Origin: an uncultured Gammaproteobacteria bacterium
GTDB taxonomy: Bacteria > Pseudomonadota > Gammaproteobacteria > CAWCPV01
Reading direction: 5' to 3'
Assembly (NCBI GenBank): GCA_963797555.1
Contig: CAWCPV010000003.1
Span: 736,001-800,000, forward strand
Length of the DNA stretch: 64,000 nt
In this document: positions 54,101 to 64,000 of the stretch, piece after piece
How positions within the stretch are numbered: the stretch's first letter is position 1
Layout of the letters: every line of letters starts with the position of its first letter
Program-made: the position numbers and the translations under genes
The notes under the pieces: generated by a model
The model's database searches: none
What the model was told of the DNA's origin: nothing
What the model saw: the letters and a program-made list of their open reading frames with translations, nothing else

Positions 54101-54821
54101 TCGGCTGATCCGGCTCGCCTTCCAGAACTGGATTCGGCCCGCGGCCTTCAGTACCCTTGGCCCGGTGGCCACGGCGGGTATCCCTCTGGAGGACCGGCTG
54201 GTCGGGAGCGGAGGGGAGCTGACCAGCTACCGCGGCCAGTTAGAGTGGGAGTGGACGCCGCGCACCTTCACGCTCGCATACGTGGACTACAAGTCGATCC
54301 ATAACAACCTGTTTCAGCTCAGTCCGTTCACTATCACGGACATCGAGGACCTGCTGAAGCTGCGTTCGCGCAGCTTCGCCACGCTGGCCTCCGACGATCT
54401 CCTGGATGTCGGCGCGGGAGCGGACTTCGACGCCGGCCGGGCCACTTCCGCGGGAGCCGCCATCAACCACATCCTGTCGCAGCGCTGGTCCATGTTCCTG
54501 CGCTACGTATACACCAGCTCGGAGAATACCAGCGACGCCTTCCACGGAAACCGCATCCCGTTCCTGCCCCTCGACGCCGGGGCGGTCGGCGTAACCTACG
54601 TGGGACCCCGGGGGCTGTTCTTCATTACGCGAGCCATTTGTCGGAGCGAACGTTTCTCGGACCAGGCAAACGCCGCCCGGCTCAAGGCGAGCTGGGACTC
54701 GGCCGCCGACCTGTTCTGGGAGTCCCCGCAGAAGCGCTGGTTGCTGCGCTTGGGCATAGACCAGGCATTCAACCGCAACCAGCCCACATTCTACAGTGCC
54801 GAGGTCAACGTCCGCTTCTAG
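51126..54821 (+). CDS. FecR-domain plus TPR plus outer-membrane beta-barrel protein (several frameshifts; start approximate)
   Basis: FecR (VRTG..GR..L.F.D.T.VRL, TPSATAAIRGTDW, LTVFSGEV), TPR repeats 51900-53050, barrel-like C-terminus SPRVGLVY...AEVNVRF ending in Phe. Confidence 0.8.
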
Positions 54822-56812
54822 CGACCCGAAACACGCCTCCCGCAATTTTCTTGTCCGCGCAGCGCTCATCGGCGGCGTGGTGTGGACGGCGGTGGCGCTG
54901 GCGAGCCTCCTGCCCGAGTGGCGGAAGCTCGACCTGGCCTGGTTCGACCTGCTGACGGTCGTCACCGCTCCCGACCGCATGGACCTGCCCATCGTCATCG
55001 TGGGCATCGACGAGCCCTCCTTCGCGGAGTTGCGCCGGCAGTGGCCCTGGCCGCGCAGCCTGCACGGTCGGCTGATCGAGCAGCTCAAGCGCGCGGGGGC
55101 GGCGGTGATCGCCGTGGACGTAGTGTTTGCGGAGCCGTCCGACCCGGCTGAGGATCGGCGCTTCGCTGACTCCATTCGCGCCGCCGGCAATGTGGTGCTG
55201 GCCGGGGACGTGGCCGTTCAGGAGACGCCGCAGTTCCGCCAAGTCATGCGGGTGGAGCCGCTGGAAATTCTGCAGTCGGCCGCCGCCGCGACCGGCATCA
55301 GCAGCATCACCGTCGATTCGGACCTCGTCGTGCGGCAGGTGCCGAGCAGCTCGGACGCGTTTTGGCGGCAGATCCTGCGGGTCTACAGGCATGGCCGGAG
55401 CGCCGCGGTAAACAGCGGTGCCGTTTCTCGGGGTGCCCTGCTCCGCTATCTCGGCCCGGACCATTGGTTCCCCTATGTCTCCTACTACCAGGCACTGGAG
55501 CCCGATGCTTTGCTGCCCGAAGGCACCTTCCGCGACCGGATCGTCCTGGTGGGCTTGGACATCAAGGCGTCTCCGGAGCCGGGCGCCGCCCGCGCCGACA
55601 TGTTTGCCACCCCCTTCCTGGCCTTCACCGGATGGCTGACGCCCGGCGTAGAAATCCAGGCCAACTTTCTCGCCAACGCGCTGTTCGGCCGGGCCATCCA
55701 TGAAGTGCCCGCGAGCGTGCCGCTCGGCCTGACTGGCGGCGCGCTGACGCTCGCGATTCTGTGGGCCCGCCGGTGGCGTCCTCTTGCGGGCGGACTGCAG
55801 CTCTTGGCGCTGGCCGGGCTTCTGGGGGCGGGGAGCTGGGGGCTATTCGCCTTCCGCGATACCTGGCTACCGATCCTCGCTCCGGTGTCCGCGCTCCTGC
55901 TCATGTACACGGGGCAGGCGGGGCTCGCGTTCGCCACCGAGCGCCGCCGACGCCGCCAGATCAAGCATGCCTTCCGGCACTATGTCTCGCCTCAGGTGGT
56001 CGAGGAGATCCTGGCCCATCCGGAGAAGCTGGTGCTGGGAGGCGTCCGCCGCGATCTTACCCTGCTATTCACGGATCTTGCCGGCTTCACCTCCGTCTCC
56101 GAGAAGCTGAGCCCGGAGCAGGTGGCGCAAGTGCTGAACAGCCACCTCACCGCCATGACCCGCATCGTGCTCGCCCACGGAGGAACCGTGGACAAGTTCA
56201 TCGGGGATGCGATCATGGCTTTCTGGGGTGCCCCGCTGGAGGATCCCGAGGAGGCGCTCCATGCGTGCCAGGCAGCGTGGGAGATGCAGGAGGAGATTGA
56301 AGAGGCTGCGGCGAGCCCACGAGGATGACCCGACCTTCCCGAGCATCAGCATGCGCATCGGCGTGCACTCGGGGTGCGCGGTGGTCGGCAACATGGGCTC
56401 CCTGGATCGGTTCGACTACACGGCGGTCGGCGACAACGTCAACCTCGCCTCACGCCTGGAAGGCGTCAACAAGCTCTACGGCACGGAGGTGCTGCTGAGC
56501 GCTGCAACTGCGGAGCAGCTTCGAGGGAGGATGCCCCTTCGCCTCGTCGACAAAGTCCGGCTCAAGGGCAAGACGCAGCCCATCGAGGTCTACAGCTTCG
56601 CCATGGACCCGACGCTGGGTGGGCTCGACGAGCAGGCTATCGCCGCCTATCGACCACAGCAGTGGGACCAAGCCGAGAGCGTGTGGCACGAGGTGCTGCA
56701 GCGTGTCCCGGGCGACGGGATCGCTCAGGTCTACCTCAAGCGTATCACGGCCCTTCGTAACGCCCCGCCCGGAGCCGACTGGGACGGGTCCGTAGCCCTG
56801 GACAAGATGTGA
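54796..56812 (+). CDS. CHASE2-domain adenylate/guanylate cyclase (frameshift near 56300)
   Basis: IVIVGIDE, WPWPRSLH, PGVEIQA, three TM segments, LFTDLAGFT, VDKFIGDAIMAFWGAP, YTAVGDNVNLASRLEG. Confidence 0.93.
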
Positions 56813-58045
56813 TGAGAGGCCGGCCCGCGCTCGCCGGCCGCTTAGCACGATTCGCACCCCTCGCGTGCGGTCCACCAGGGTGACTCTCTCGCGGCGGGCG
56901 GGCCGTCCGCCGTGCTCACCCGGTACCGGTCACGACGGGAATCACTTTATCGACGATTCCCTTTCCGGCATCGGCGGCTTTGTCGACGAGCCCGGAGACC
57001 CTGCTGATGCGCTCGGCGAGCCTTTCCTTGGTCTTCACCTCGTCCTTGAGATCTTTCGTCGCCTTCTTGAGATCTGAAACCGCCGATTAACCGATCATGG
57101 TACAAGGCTTGACGCCCTCTCCGTGGCGCCAGCGGGTGGTGCCCTCTGGCACCGGCGGCGCTGCCCTCCAGGGAAATCCACACCATCCCGAACGGTGGTA
57201 TAAGACCCGGCGCTTTGTGGATTCTCGGCTCGGCGGTCGGTGACACGTGGCTTACCGGACCAAGGACGACCGGGGGTTAGGAGTCCTGTACCTATAAGAT
57301 GCAGTTAAAGATTTGAAACGTTTTACCGCCGTGAAACCCCTTACCCACGCACTGCCGCCCAACCCCCGAGGGGTGACCAAAAGGAAAAACGGGAAAATTC
57401 CCTAACCCGGCCGAGCCGGAACCAAAAGGTTGGACCACCGGAACATCGCCACCAACCCAACAGCGGCGCTGGTTTCCAGGATCGGCGACAGAAAGCTTCC
57501 GTGAAGAACATAAGACTTCAACGGCAAGGACTAAGGGAAATCCCCTATTGCTCTTCCGCGCCCACGGGACCAAAAATGTGCGCAACTGAACTCAGGCTAT
57601 TCAGTGAGCGGCAGACTAACGGATACCGGCACCTGGCCGTACCTGCGAGCACCTTCGCGCTAGGCTGACGGAGAGTTTCGGAGCGGCATCATAAGGCGAC
57701 GGTGCGCTGTACAACATCTGGCAGACGGTGCCGCACGCGGGACCATGGAGCCGCGGGAACCGCGTGGGCGGCTGGGTGAGTTCCGACGGAGCCCTGGGAA
57801 GTGTTCGGCATCGGTTCGGAGTGAGCTGATCGAGCAGTGTCGGCAGGAAGCGAAAGGAGGAAGAACCACATGCTTGGTTCGGCGGTTCAGCATCACCAAG
57901 TCATGAATCACTGGGTATCGATCACACCCTCAGTCTTCCTTCGGAAACCGTATGATCGTACGGGACTTGACAACATACCCCATCCCAAGGGATCACACAT
58001 GATCCATTGGGAGTGGGAAATTACCGGCACAACCTTGGAGTATCC

Positions 58046-60250
58046 ATGATGGAAACCAAGAGCGATCCTGCAAACGTACTGACAGAGGAACAGGCAGAGA
58101 AGAGTGCTCATCCAGAGGCGCCTACCGAGTTACCACTCGAGCGGCAACAGTTCAGAGCCCTGATCCTGGCCAACCCCAATTATTTCGGGAACATAAAGGT
58201 CAGCCCATTCAAGCCGGTGCTCAACATTCAGTCGAACACGACCTATGAGGAGATCGGCTGCGTCGGCTTCCAGCCGCAGTTCAATCGACTGGACGCCGTC
58301 GTTTATGTCAAGCAGTCATTTGGCTACGGCGGCAGCGTGTGTTCCAACGGCACCCCCGAATACGTCCGCTTCTATCTGTCGTGCGACCACGGCGCGACCT
58401 GGCAAGACCTGGGTCTGGCGAACTTCACGGCGTACGACATTCCGGAAGGCACGGCAGGCGCTAAGCGGCTCGAATATGATGTGACGCTGCAAATCAATCT
58501 CTCGAAGAAGTTTTGCTTTGTCAACAATCTCTGCCGTGTTCGAGCGATCCTATCGTGGAATGTTCCACCTCCGCCGAATGAGCCAAACTTCACGCCAGTG
58601 TGGGGTAACGTTCACGATACTTACATCCAGATTGATCCGATCAAGCTGATCATACTCGGTGATCTCTTGAAGGAAGCCAAGCTCAAGCTTCCGCCGCAGA
58701 TCGATGCTGCCCTCGACCTGTCTCAGCCTTTGCTCGCCACCCAGCCCAAGACACTCGGTGCGGCAGAGCTACAGGCGCTCTACAAGGACAAAGGGGTCGA
58801 GCCGCATCGCCTCGCGTTGGACGAACTTCAGAAGCTGATCACCACTCCGACTTTCAGCGAATCATTGATGTCGTCTGGCTTCAAAGGTGTGCTACCAGGT
58901 CTTGAGATCAATTGGGCAGACATCATCGGCAAGTTGTTTCCGGTTGACGGCGACACACGCTACGAGCAGCTGGAGTGTGTCGGCCTTAACTCCGATCAGG
59001 ACACCCTCGTAGGCGTCCTCCGCGTGAAGCTTTCCTCAGGTTACTCGGGCGGCCCTTGTACGGCGGGCAGCAGAGAGTATGTCACGTTCTGGGGCGATTT
59101 CGACGACAACGGCACTTTCGCAACCTGTCTGGGGACCACTTCGGTTAGTGTCTATGACATCGCCAATATCCCGAAAGAAGGGCTGGAATACGTCGTCTTT
59201 CTCCCGGTCAACTTGAACGAACATCGCCAGCCTTGCGAGAAAGGTCCCAAGGTCGTGAAGATCCGGGCGATTCTCTCATGGCAAGTCCCGCCTCCTTGCA
59301 ACAATCCCAACTTTATCCCCGTATGGGGCAACCGCGAGGAGACCTTGATCCACATCAAGCCGGGCTCCGTCCAGACTGGTCACGCGCCGTTTATCGAAAC
59401 AGTCGGACGCGTGCAGGTCCCGCATATCAACGCTGTCACTGGCCTGGCGAATGGGGGTGCAGCGGGCTTCACGCCTCAGGACAGTCCCTTTGGAGGACTG
59501 GTACTGATAGGTGGACATATCGCCAACCCCACGGACATCAGCAGCGGTGCTCCGCCGCTCAAGTACAAGGTTTCGGTAAGCAACGACGGCGGCGCTACGT
59601 GGCAAGCCTTGACCAACACGTTCTCCGTCGGGCGCAGCCAACTGCTCAACGGGATCTGGAGCTTTCTGCCGGATGCAACTCAAGCCGATCTCGGAGGCGG
59701 TTTTTACGAGTACCGCGAAGACCTGACGAACGGGCCCGGTAATGCCCAAATCTTTGTTACAGAGAACATGCTGGCGCAGTGGCAGACTTCCGGTCTGACG
59801 GGTCTGTGGCAGATCATGATCGAGGCTACGGACGGTGTTAACACGTACGTTGGTAATGTTGTGACCGTGCGTCTGGACAACCAGGCACCACAGTTCCCGG
59901 CGGGAAGCTTCAAGATCACTTCCGGCGGCGGAAGCTGCGCGGACTTCGTCATCGGTGACGTGATCGAGGGCACCTATGAAGTCGCCGATGAGCACTTCGG
60001 AAGCCTCAACCTCGCCGTGCTACCCGCACTGGGCGGTGCCTTCACAAGCCCTGTACCGTTGCCACGGACGTACCCGACCGTCCCGACCACCGGCGAAGCA
60101 GGGACTTGGAAGCTCGACACTACCGGGATGCCGAAGTGCGGTTACGTGGTTAGGCTCAGCGCTACCGACAGAACCATCGTCAATAGCGGTGGGATCGGCT
60201 TCTACAACGAAATCTTTGTCGGCTTATGTTTAAGAGAAAAGACTGAGTAA
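58046..60250 (+). CDS. Uncharacterised ~735-aa protein with two homologous Cys-containing domains; putative gene cassette
   Basis: Repeats YEEIGCVGF...GY.GSVC..GTPEYVRFY...RVRAILSWNVPPP...PVWGN and YEQLECVGL...GYSGGPC..GSREYVTFW...KIRAILSWQVPPP...PVWGN; lower GC; followed by an attC-like site. Confidence 0.8.
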   Translation: MMETKSDPANVLTEEQAEKSAHPEAPTELPLERQQFRALILANPNYFGNIKVSPFKPVLNIQSNTTYEEIGCVGFQPQFNRLDAVVYVKQSFGYGGSVCSNGTPEYVRFYLSCDHGATWQDLGLANFTAYDIPEGTAGAKRLEYDVTLQINLSKKFCFVNNLCRVRAILSWNVPPPPNEPNFTPVWGNVHDTYIQIDPIKLIILGDLLKEAKLKLPPQIDAALDLSQPLLATQPKTLGAAELQALYKDKGVEPHRLALDELQKLITTPTFSESLMSSGFKGVLPGLEINWADIIGKLFPVDGDTRYEQLECVGLNSDQDTLVGVLRVKLSSGYSGGPCTAGSREYVTFWGDFDDNGTFATCLGTTSVSVYDIANIPKEGLEYVVFLPVNLNEHRQPCEKGPKVVKIRAILSWQVPPPCNNPNFIPVWGNREETLIHIKPGSVQTGHAPFIETVGRVQVPHINAVTGLANGGAAGFTPQDSPFGGLVLIGGHIANPTDISSGAPPLKYKVSVSNDGGATWQALTNTFSVGRSQLLNGIWSFLPDATQADLGGGFYEYREDLTNGPGNAQIFVTENMLAQWQTSGLTGLWQIMIEATDGVNTYVGNVVTVRLDNQAPQFPAGSFKITSGGGSCADFVIGDVIEGTYEVADEHFGSLNLAVLPALGGAFTSPVPLPRTYPTVPTTGEAGTWKLDTTGMPKCGYVVRLSATDRTIVNSGGIGFYNEIFVGLCLREKTE

Positions 60251-60289
60251 CGTGGGAATGTATTGAGTCATACATGACTAAACACGATA

Positions 60290-60354
60290 GCCTAACAACC
60301 GCTTTAGAGAGGGACGCGGCATAAGGCGCCGCGCCCTCAAGAGGAGCGTTAGGA
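60290..60354 (+). other. Integron attC-like recombination site 1
   Basis: R'' GCCTAAC ... inner stem gagggAcgcggc/gccgcgccctc with one extrahelical base ... R' GTTAGGA; 65 bp, 40 bp after a stop codon. Confidence 0.8.
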
Positions 60355-60482
60355 GAAGCACTAGAAGAGACTGGTGCGGGGGTTTTTTGTTTTCCCTGAG
60401 TAGACGAGATATCGCCGCCGAGACGGCCTAAACTTTTGCCGACCTCTATCTCGGCCGAGGTCAAGGATGAGGAGGATAAACT

Positions 60483-62099
60483 GTGCCCACAGATCCCAAC
60501 CGTTCGATAGTTCGTCACAGTGAGCGTATCCCCCTTCACGGGGCGCGCGCTGTCGGTCCGGTTCCCAAGGACGAGCGATTTGAAGTGACAGTCCGAGTCC
60601 GACGCAGGACGCCTCTCCAGAGCTTGGCAGCAAACGGCTTCCACACAGACCAATCGCCTGAGAAGCGCCGCTACCTGACCCGCGACCAATACGCTTCCGC
60701 ACATGGCGCCGATCCGGCCGACCTCGCGAAAGTCGAGGCCTTTGCGCGAACACACAATCTGATCATCATCGAAACCAGCACGGCCCGGCGTAGCGTTTTC
60801 CTTTCGGGTACGGCTGCCGACTTCGCCGCGGCGTTCGGGACGACGATTGAAGACTATGAATATGACGGTGGGACCTACCGTGGTCGGACCGGACCGTTGA
60901 CCGTGCCATCCGACTTGACCGATGTCGTTGAGGGCGTGTTCGGCATCGACGACCGCCCGGTAGCCAAGCCGCACTTCCAGCGCTATGAGCCGGCACCCAA
61001 TATCGGCATCCAAGCTCACGCCGCTGGCAACTCGTTCACCCCGCCAGAACTGGCAAAGCTCTATGCCTTCCCGACCGGCCTGGACGGCACAGGGCAGTGT
61101 ATCGCTATCATCGAGCTCGGCGGCGGATATCGCACGGCCGATATCAAGGCCTATTTTCACAAGCTCGGCTTGCCCGTGCCGAAGGTCAAGACAGTCCGGG
61201 TCGATGGCGGGAAGAACCAGCCTTCGACCGCCGATGGCGCCGACGGCGAAGTGATGCTCGACATCGAGGTGGCTGCCGCGATTGCGCCGAAGGCGCGGAT
61301 CGCCGTCTACTTCGCACCCAACACCGATAAAGGGTTCCTGGACGCCATCACCATGGCAATCCACGACACGACTAATAAGCCGTCGGTGATCTCGATCAGC
61401 TGGGGTGCCTCGGAGAAAAACTGGACCGGGCAGGCCATGACATCTTACGACCAAGCCTTTCAGACTGCGGCTGCTCTGGGGGTAACGGTCTGTTGCGCAT
61501 CAGGCGACAACGGTTCGGGGGATGGCGAAACAGACGGAAAGGCGTACGTGGACTTTCCGGCGTCCAGCCCGTTTGTGTTGGGTTGTGGGGGCACCAAACT
61601 CACCGCCTCCGAGGACACGATCTCCAGCGAGGTGGTCTGGAACGAGGGGACCAACAGCGCGACTGGGGGCGGAGTGAGTGCCTTCTTCCCCGTGCCAACG
61701 TATCAGAGCGTGGTCGGCGTCCCGACGTCCGTGAACCCCGACGGTCACGAGGGTCGTGGTGTTCCCGACGCCGCGGGAGATGCGGACCCGGCTACGGGCT
61801 ACCTCGTCCGCGTCGATGGCCAAGAGTTTGTGATTGGTGGCACTAGTGCAGTAGCCCCTTTGTGGGCCGGTCTGGTTGCGCTGATGAACCAGAAGATCGG
61901 TCATCCGGTTGGCTTCCTTAACCCGCTGCTCTACGGCTCACTCGTTGGCACGGGCTCCTTCCGAGATATCTCCTCGGGTAACAACGGTGCCTACGGAGCC
62001 AAACAGGGTTGGGACGCTTGCACCGGATGGGGGACACCCAGCGGGGTGAAGCTTCTCCATGCTCTTCGGAGGTTGAGCTTGAAGACGGCGCCTAACTAG
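60483..62099 (+). CDS. S53 family serine-carboxyl peptidase (kumamolisin/sedolisin-like) with prodomain; putative gene cassette
   Basis: Prodomain; IAIIELGGG, EVMLDIE (E-x3-D), SISWG, ASGDNG, GRGVPD, GGTSAVAPLWAG, WDACTGWGTP. Confidence 0.95.
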   Translation: MPTDPNRSIVRHSERIPLHGARAVGPVPKDERFEVTVRVRRRTPLQSLAANGFHTDQSPEKRRYLTRDQYASAHGADPADLAKVEAFARTHNLIIIETSTARRSVFLSGTAADFAAAFGTTIEDYEYDGGTYRGRTGPLTVPSDLTDVVEGVFGIDDRPVAKPHFQRYEPAPNIGIQAHAAGNSFTPPELAKLYAFPTGLDGTGQCIAIIELGGGYRTADIKAYFHKLGLPVPKVKTVRVDGGKNQPSTADGADGEVMLDIEVAAAIAPKARIAVYFAPNTDKGFLDAITMAIHDTTNKPSVISISWGASEKNWTGQAMTSYDQAFQTAAALGVTVCCASGDNGSGDGETDGKAYVDFPASSPFVLGCGGTKLTASEDTISSEVVWNEGTNSATGGGVSAFFPVPTYQSVVGVPTSVNPDGHEGRGVPDAAGDADPATGYLVRVDGQEFVIGGTSAVAPLWAGLVALMNQKIGHPVGFLNPLLYGSLVGTGSFRDISSGNNGAYGAKQGWDACTGWGTPSGVKLLHALRRLSLKTAPN

Positions 62100-62185
62100 G
62101 CGCGCACCTGACCGCGGCGGCATCACGGCTTTTCAGTGGCCAAAGCCTCACCAGCCGCCACGGCAGGTGGACTTGGTGGTTGGCT
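62090..62185 (+). other. Integron attC-like recombination site 2
   Basis: R'' GCCTAAC abutting the S53 stop; stem cacctgAccgCggcggc / gccgccAcggcaggtg; R' GTTGGCT; 96 bp. Confidence 0.75.
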
Positions 62186-62541
62186 TTGTCGAAACGTAGC
62201 CGACCAGGGGTAACGAGTTTTGTGGGGGAACCATGACACGCTCTTAATATGACGTTTTGGACCGTTTCAATTTCGGCAGCACGTCGAAACCGACACTGCG
62301 CGGTACTGAGGAGCCACCATACCTGGGTGACAAGCACGACTCGGTCGCAGCCAGCCAGGAGAAACCGGGGCCGACCAAAACAACAACAGCTCAGGTCTGC
62401 GACAATACAAGCCCTGCCGGCAGAAAAGAGCAGGTTCGGGTGCGTTTCGCCCTTGACGCAAATCGGCTGATGGGTGGCCCCTCTCCCGCGGCCGGATTGC
62501 ACTCACGGCCCGTGCGGCCGCTGCCTTGAGGAGGAGATAGC

Positions 62542-63510
62542 ATGCTCGATCCTGCCTGCCGTTTGATCAAGGCCAGCAACCTGGCCTACGCCATTTCCCA
62601 TGATGGAACGCGATTCGATTCCTCACCCGAGGTGCAAAGTGCGATCGCTGCCGTAGGGTTCGATGAGCCATCCCTGCGCTTCTTCCAACCCGCGGGCGAT
62701 GGCGGCATCAACGCCTTCTATTACGGGGAGACAGTGCATAACGAAGCCATCGTCGCCTTCCGGGGAACCCTGCCGCCATCCGTGAACCCGGGCAGCGATT
62801 TTTTCAGGATTTTGTCGGATTGGCTGAACGACGGAGAAGTCGACCTGGTCAAGGGTCAGGACCTGCCGGGCCGCGTACACAAGGGGTTCCTGGAATCCTT
62901 GGATGCGCTCTGGCCGGGTATCGAACAACTCAAGCTCGGCGAGGTGGCAGGCACGGGCAAATCGGTGCTGGTCACCGGCCACAGCAAGGGCGGCGCGTTG
63001 GTGTATCTGGCGGCATACCGTCTGGCAAGGCTCGGCATTCCCGTGGCCGCATACACCTTCGCCGCGCCGCGCACCGGCGATCGAGCGTTCGCTGCGGCTT
63101 TCGATCAATTGTTGGCGGGCGTCTTGCGCTTCGAGTACCAGGACGACATCGTACCCCATGTGCCGCCCGCCACGGGGGCCTGGCTGAGTTCACTGAAAGG
63201 CATGCAACTGGTTCAGCACGCATTTCCGGGCGAGGCGCCTCACTTGAGAGTCGGTGCCGATATCGCGGGCGCCGCCGAGCGCTTCACGAGCCGTATGACT
63301 GAACTGTCCAAGTTATCCCTGTCGTTTGCTTCGGCCGGTAAGCTTCAATTCATCGACTGGGACGATCACATCGTGGGCGATTCCCTGCCCGTCTCTCTGA
63401 AGCGCAACCTTCACCTCGCCGAAATGCTGGCTGAACTCAAGTTCATCGAGATCGCCAAGGATCATTCCAGCGCCGGGGGTTACATGTCGGTTCCCTGCGG
63501 GGACGGCTAA
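62542..63510 (+). CDS. Class 3 lipase family protein
   Basis: AGGAG RBS; IVAFRGT, GRVHKGF, VTGHSKGGAL (G-x-S-x-G), YTFAAPRTGD, DDIVPHVP. Confidence 0.9.
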   Translation: MLDPACRLIKASNLAYAISHDGTRFDSSPEVQSAIAAVGFDEPSLRFFQPAGDGGINAFYYGETVHNEAIVAFRGTLPPSVNPGSDFFRILSDWLNDGEVDLVKGQDLPGRVHKGFLESLDALWPGIEQLKLGEVAGTGKSVLVTGHSKGGALVYLAAYRLARLGIPVAAYTFAAPRTGDRAFAAAFDQLLAGVLRFEYQDDIVPHVPPATGAWLSSLKGMQLVQHAFPGEAPHLRVGADIAGAAERFTSRMTELSKLSLSFASAGKLQFIDWDDHIVGDSLPVSLKRNLHLAEMLAELKFIEIAKDHSSAGGYMSVPCGDG

Positions 63511-64000
63511 GGCGCAAGAAGCGCAGCGCCTGAGCGCCTCGACCATGAGGCGCGTCTGGGCGAAGACGATGTCCTGAGCCCGCCGCTGACCGCGAGCCGA
63601 GCGATGCGCGTCGCCTGGGAGCGCGCCGACGCCCGGATTCTGCAGCTCCGGGTCGACCACCGGCGGGTTCCACAGCAACAGGCGGGCCTCCCTCTGAGGG
63701 GCACCGCTCTCCCTGAACCACCGGCTCGCCGACCAGCCCTGCGGTCAGCTCCTCGGGCTTGGCGATGGCCGCCGAGCACAGGATGAACACCGGGTCCCGT
63801 CTGGGCGGGCAGGAGACGAGCTCGCCCGTGATGCGGCCGGCGTAACGGCGCTTGAGGTGCGCCGCAAGCGTCTTTGCATCGCTGCGGGCCGCGCAGGGAC
63901 TCGCCGTCGTTCTCGGACTGCGAGACTGGATGCTCACGGGAGGGTTGCGGCGGCGAGGCCATGACTCGAAATCCTGCCCGCGCCGCAGGAAGACCGGGCT

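Noticed and set aside
63507-63962. Minus-strand ORFs at the right edge
   Set aside because: Fragments in several frames with no motif I can assign; possibly a decayed or error-split gene.

Overview
High-GC, proteobacterial-looking chromosomal window. Housekeeping and transport genes (adenine deaminase 3' end, Hsp70-family protein, NAD-glutamate dehydrogenase, EamA, RlpA, NhaD, TauE, AmpG, an MCE/Mla ABC operon with STAS and PP2C genes, DgkA, a flavoprotein disulfide reductase, and a FecR-TPR-barrel plus CHASE2 cyclase pair) alternate with accessory regions. (1) An 11-kb Type III restriction-modification island carries an SNF2 helicase, AIPR and several toxin-antitoxin modules. (2) A decayed IS110 retains its 5' non-coding (bridge-RNA-type) end. 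(3) An ~8.5-kb hotspot holds five pieces of a RAYT-type HUH/Y1 transposase bounded by a recurrent GGGGTCAGACACG motif, into which two IS4 copies have inserted site- and orientation-specifically. (4) At the right end, two clear attC-like sites delimit large cassette-like genes (a duplicated-domain protein and an S53 peptidase), with no integrase in the window. A dispersed modular MITE-like repeat (about 7 copies, 0-2 internal 74-bp hairpin modules) occupies intergenic spaces. Many single-base frameshifts suggest long-read indel errors, so most split genes are probably intact in vivo. No rRNA, tRNA or CRISPR array was seen. All calls come from motif recognition by eye; no searches were run.
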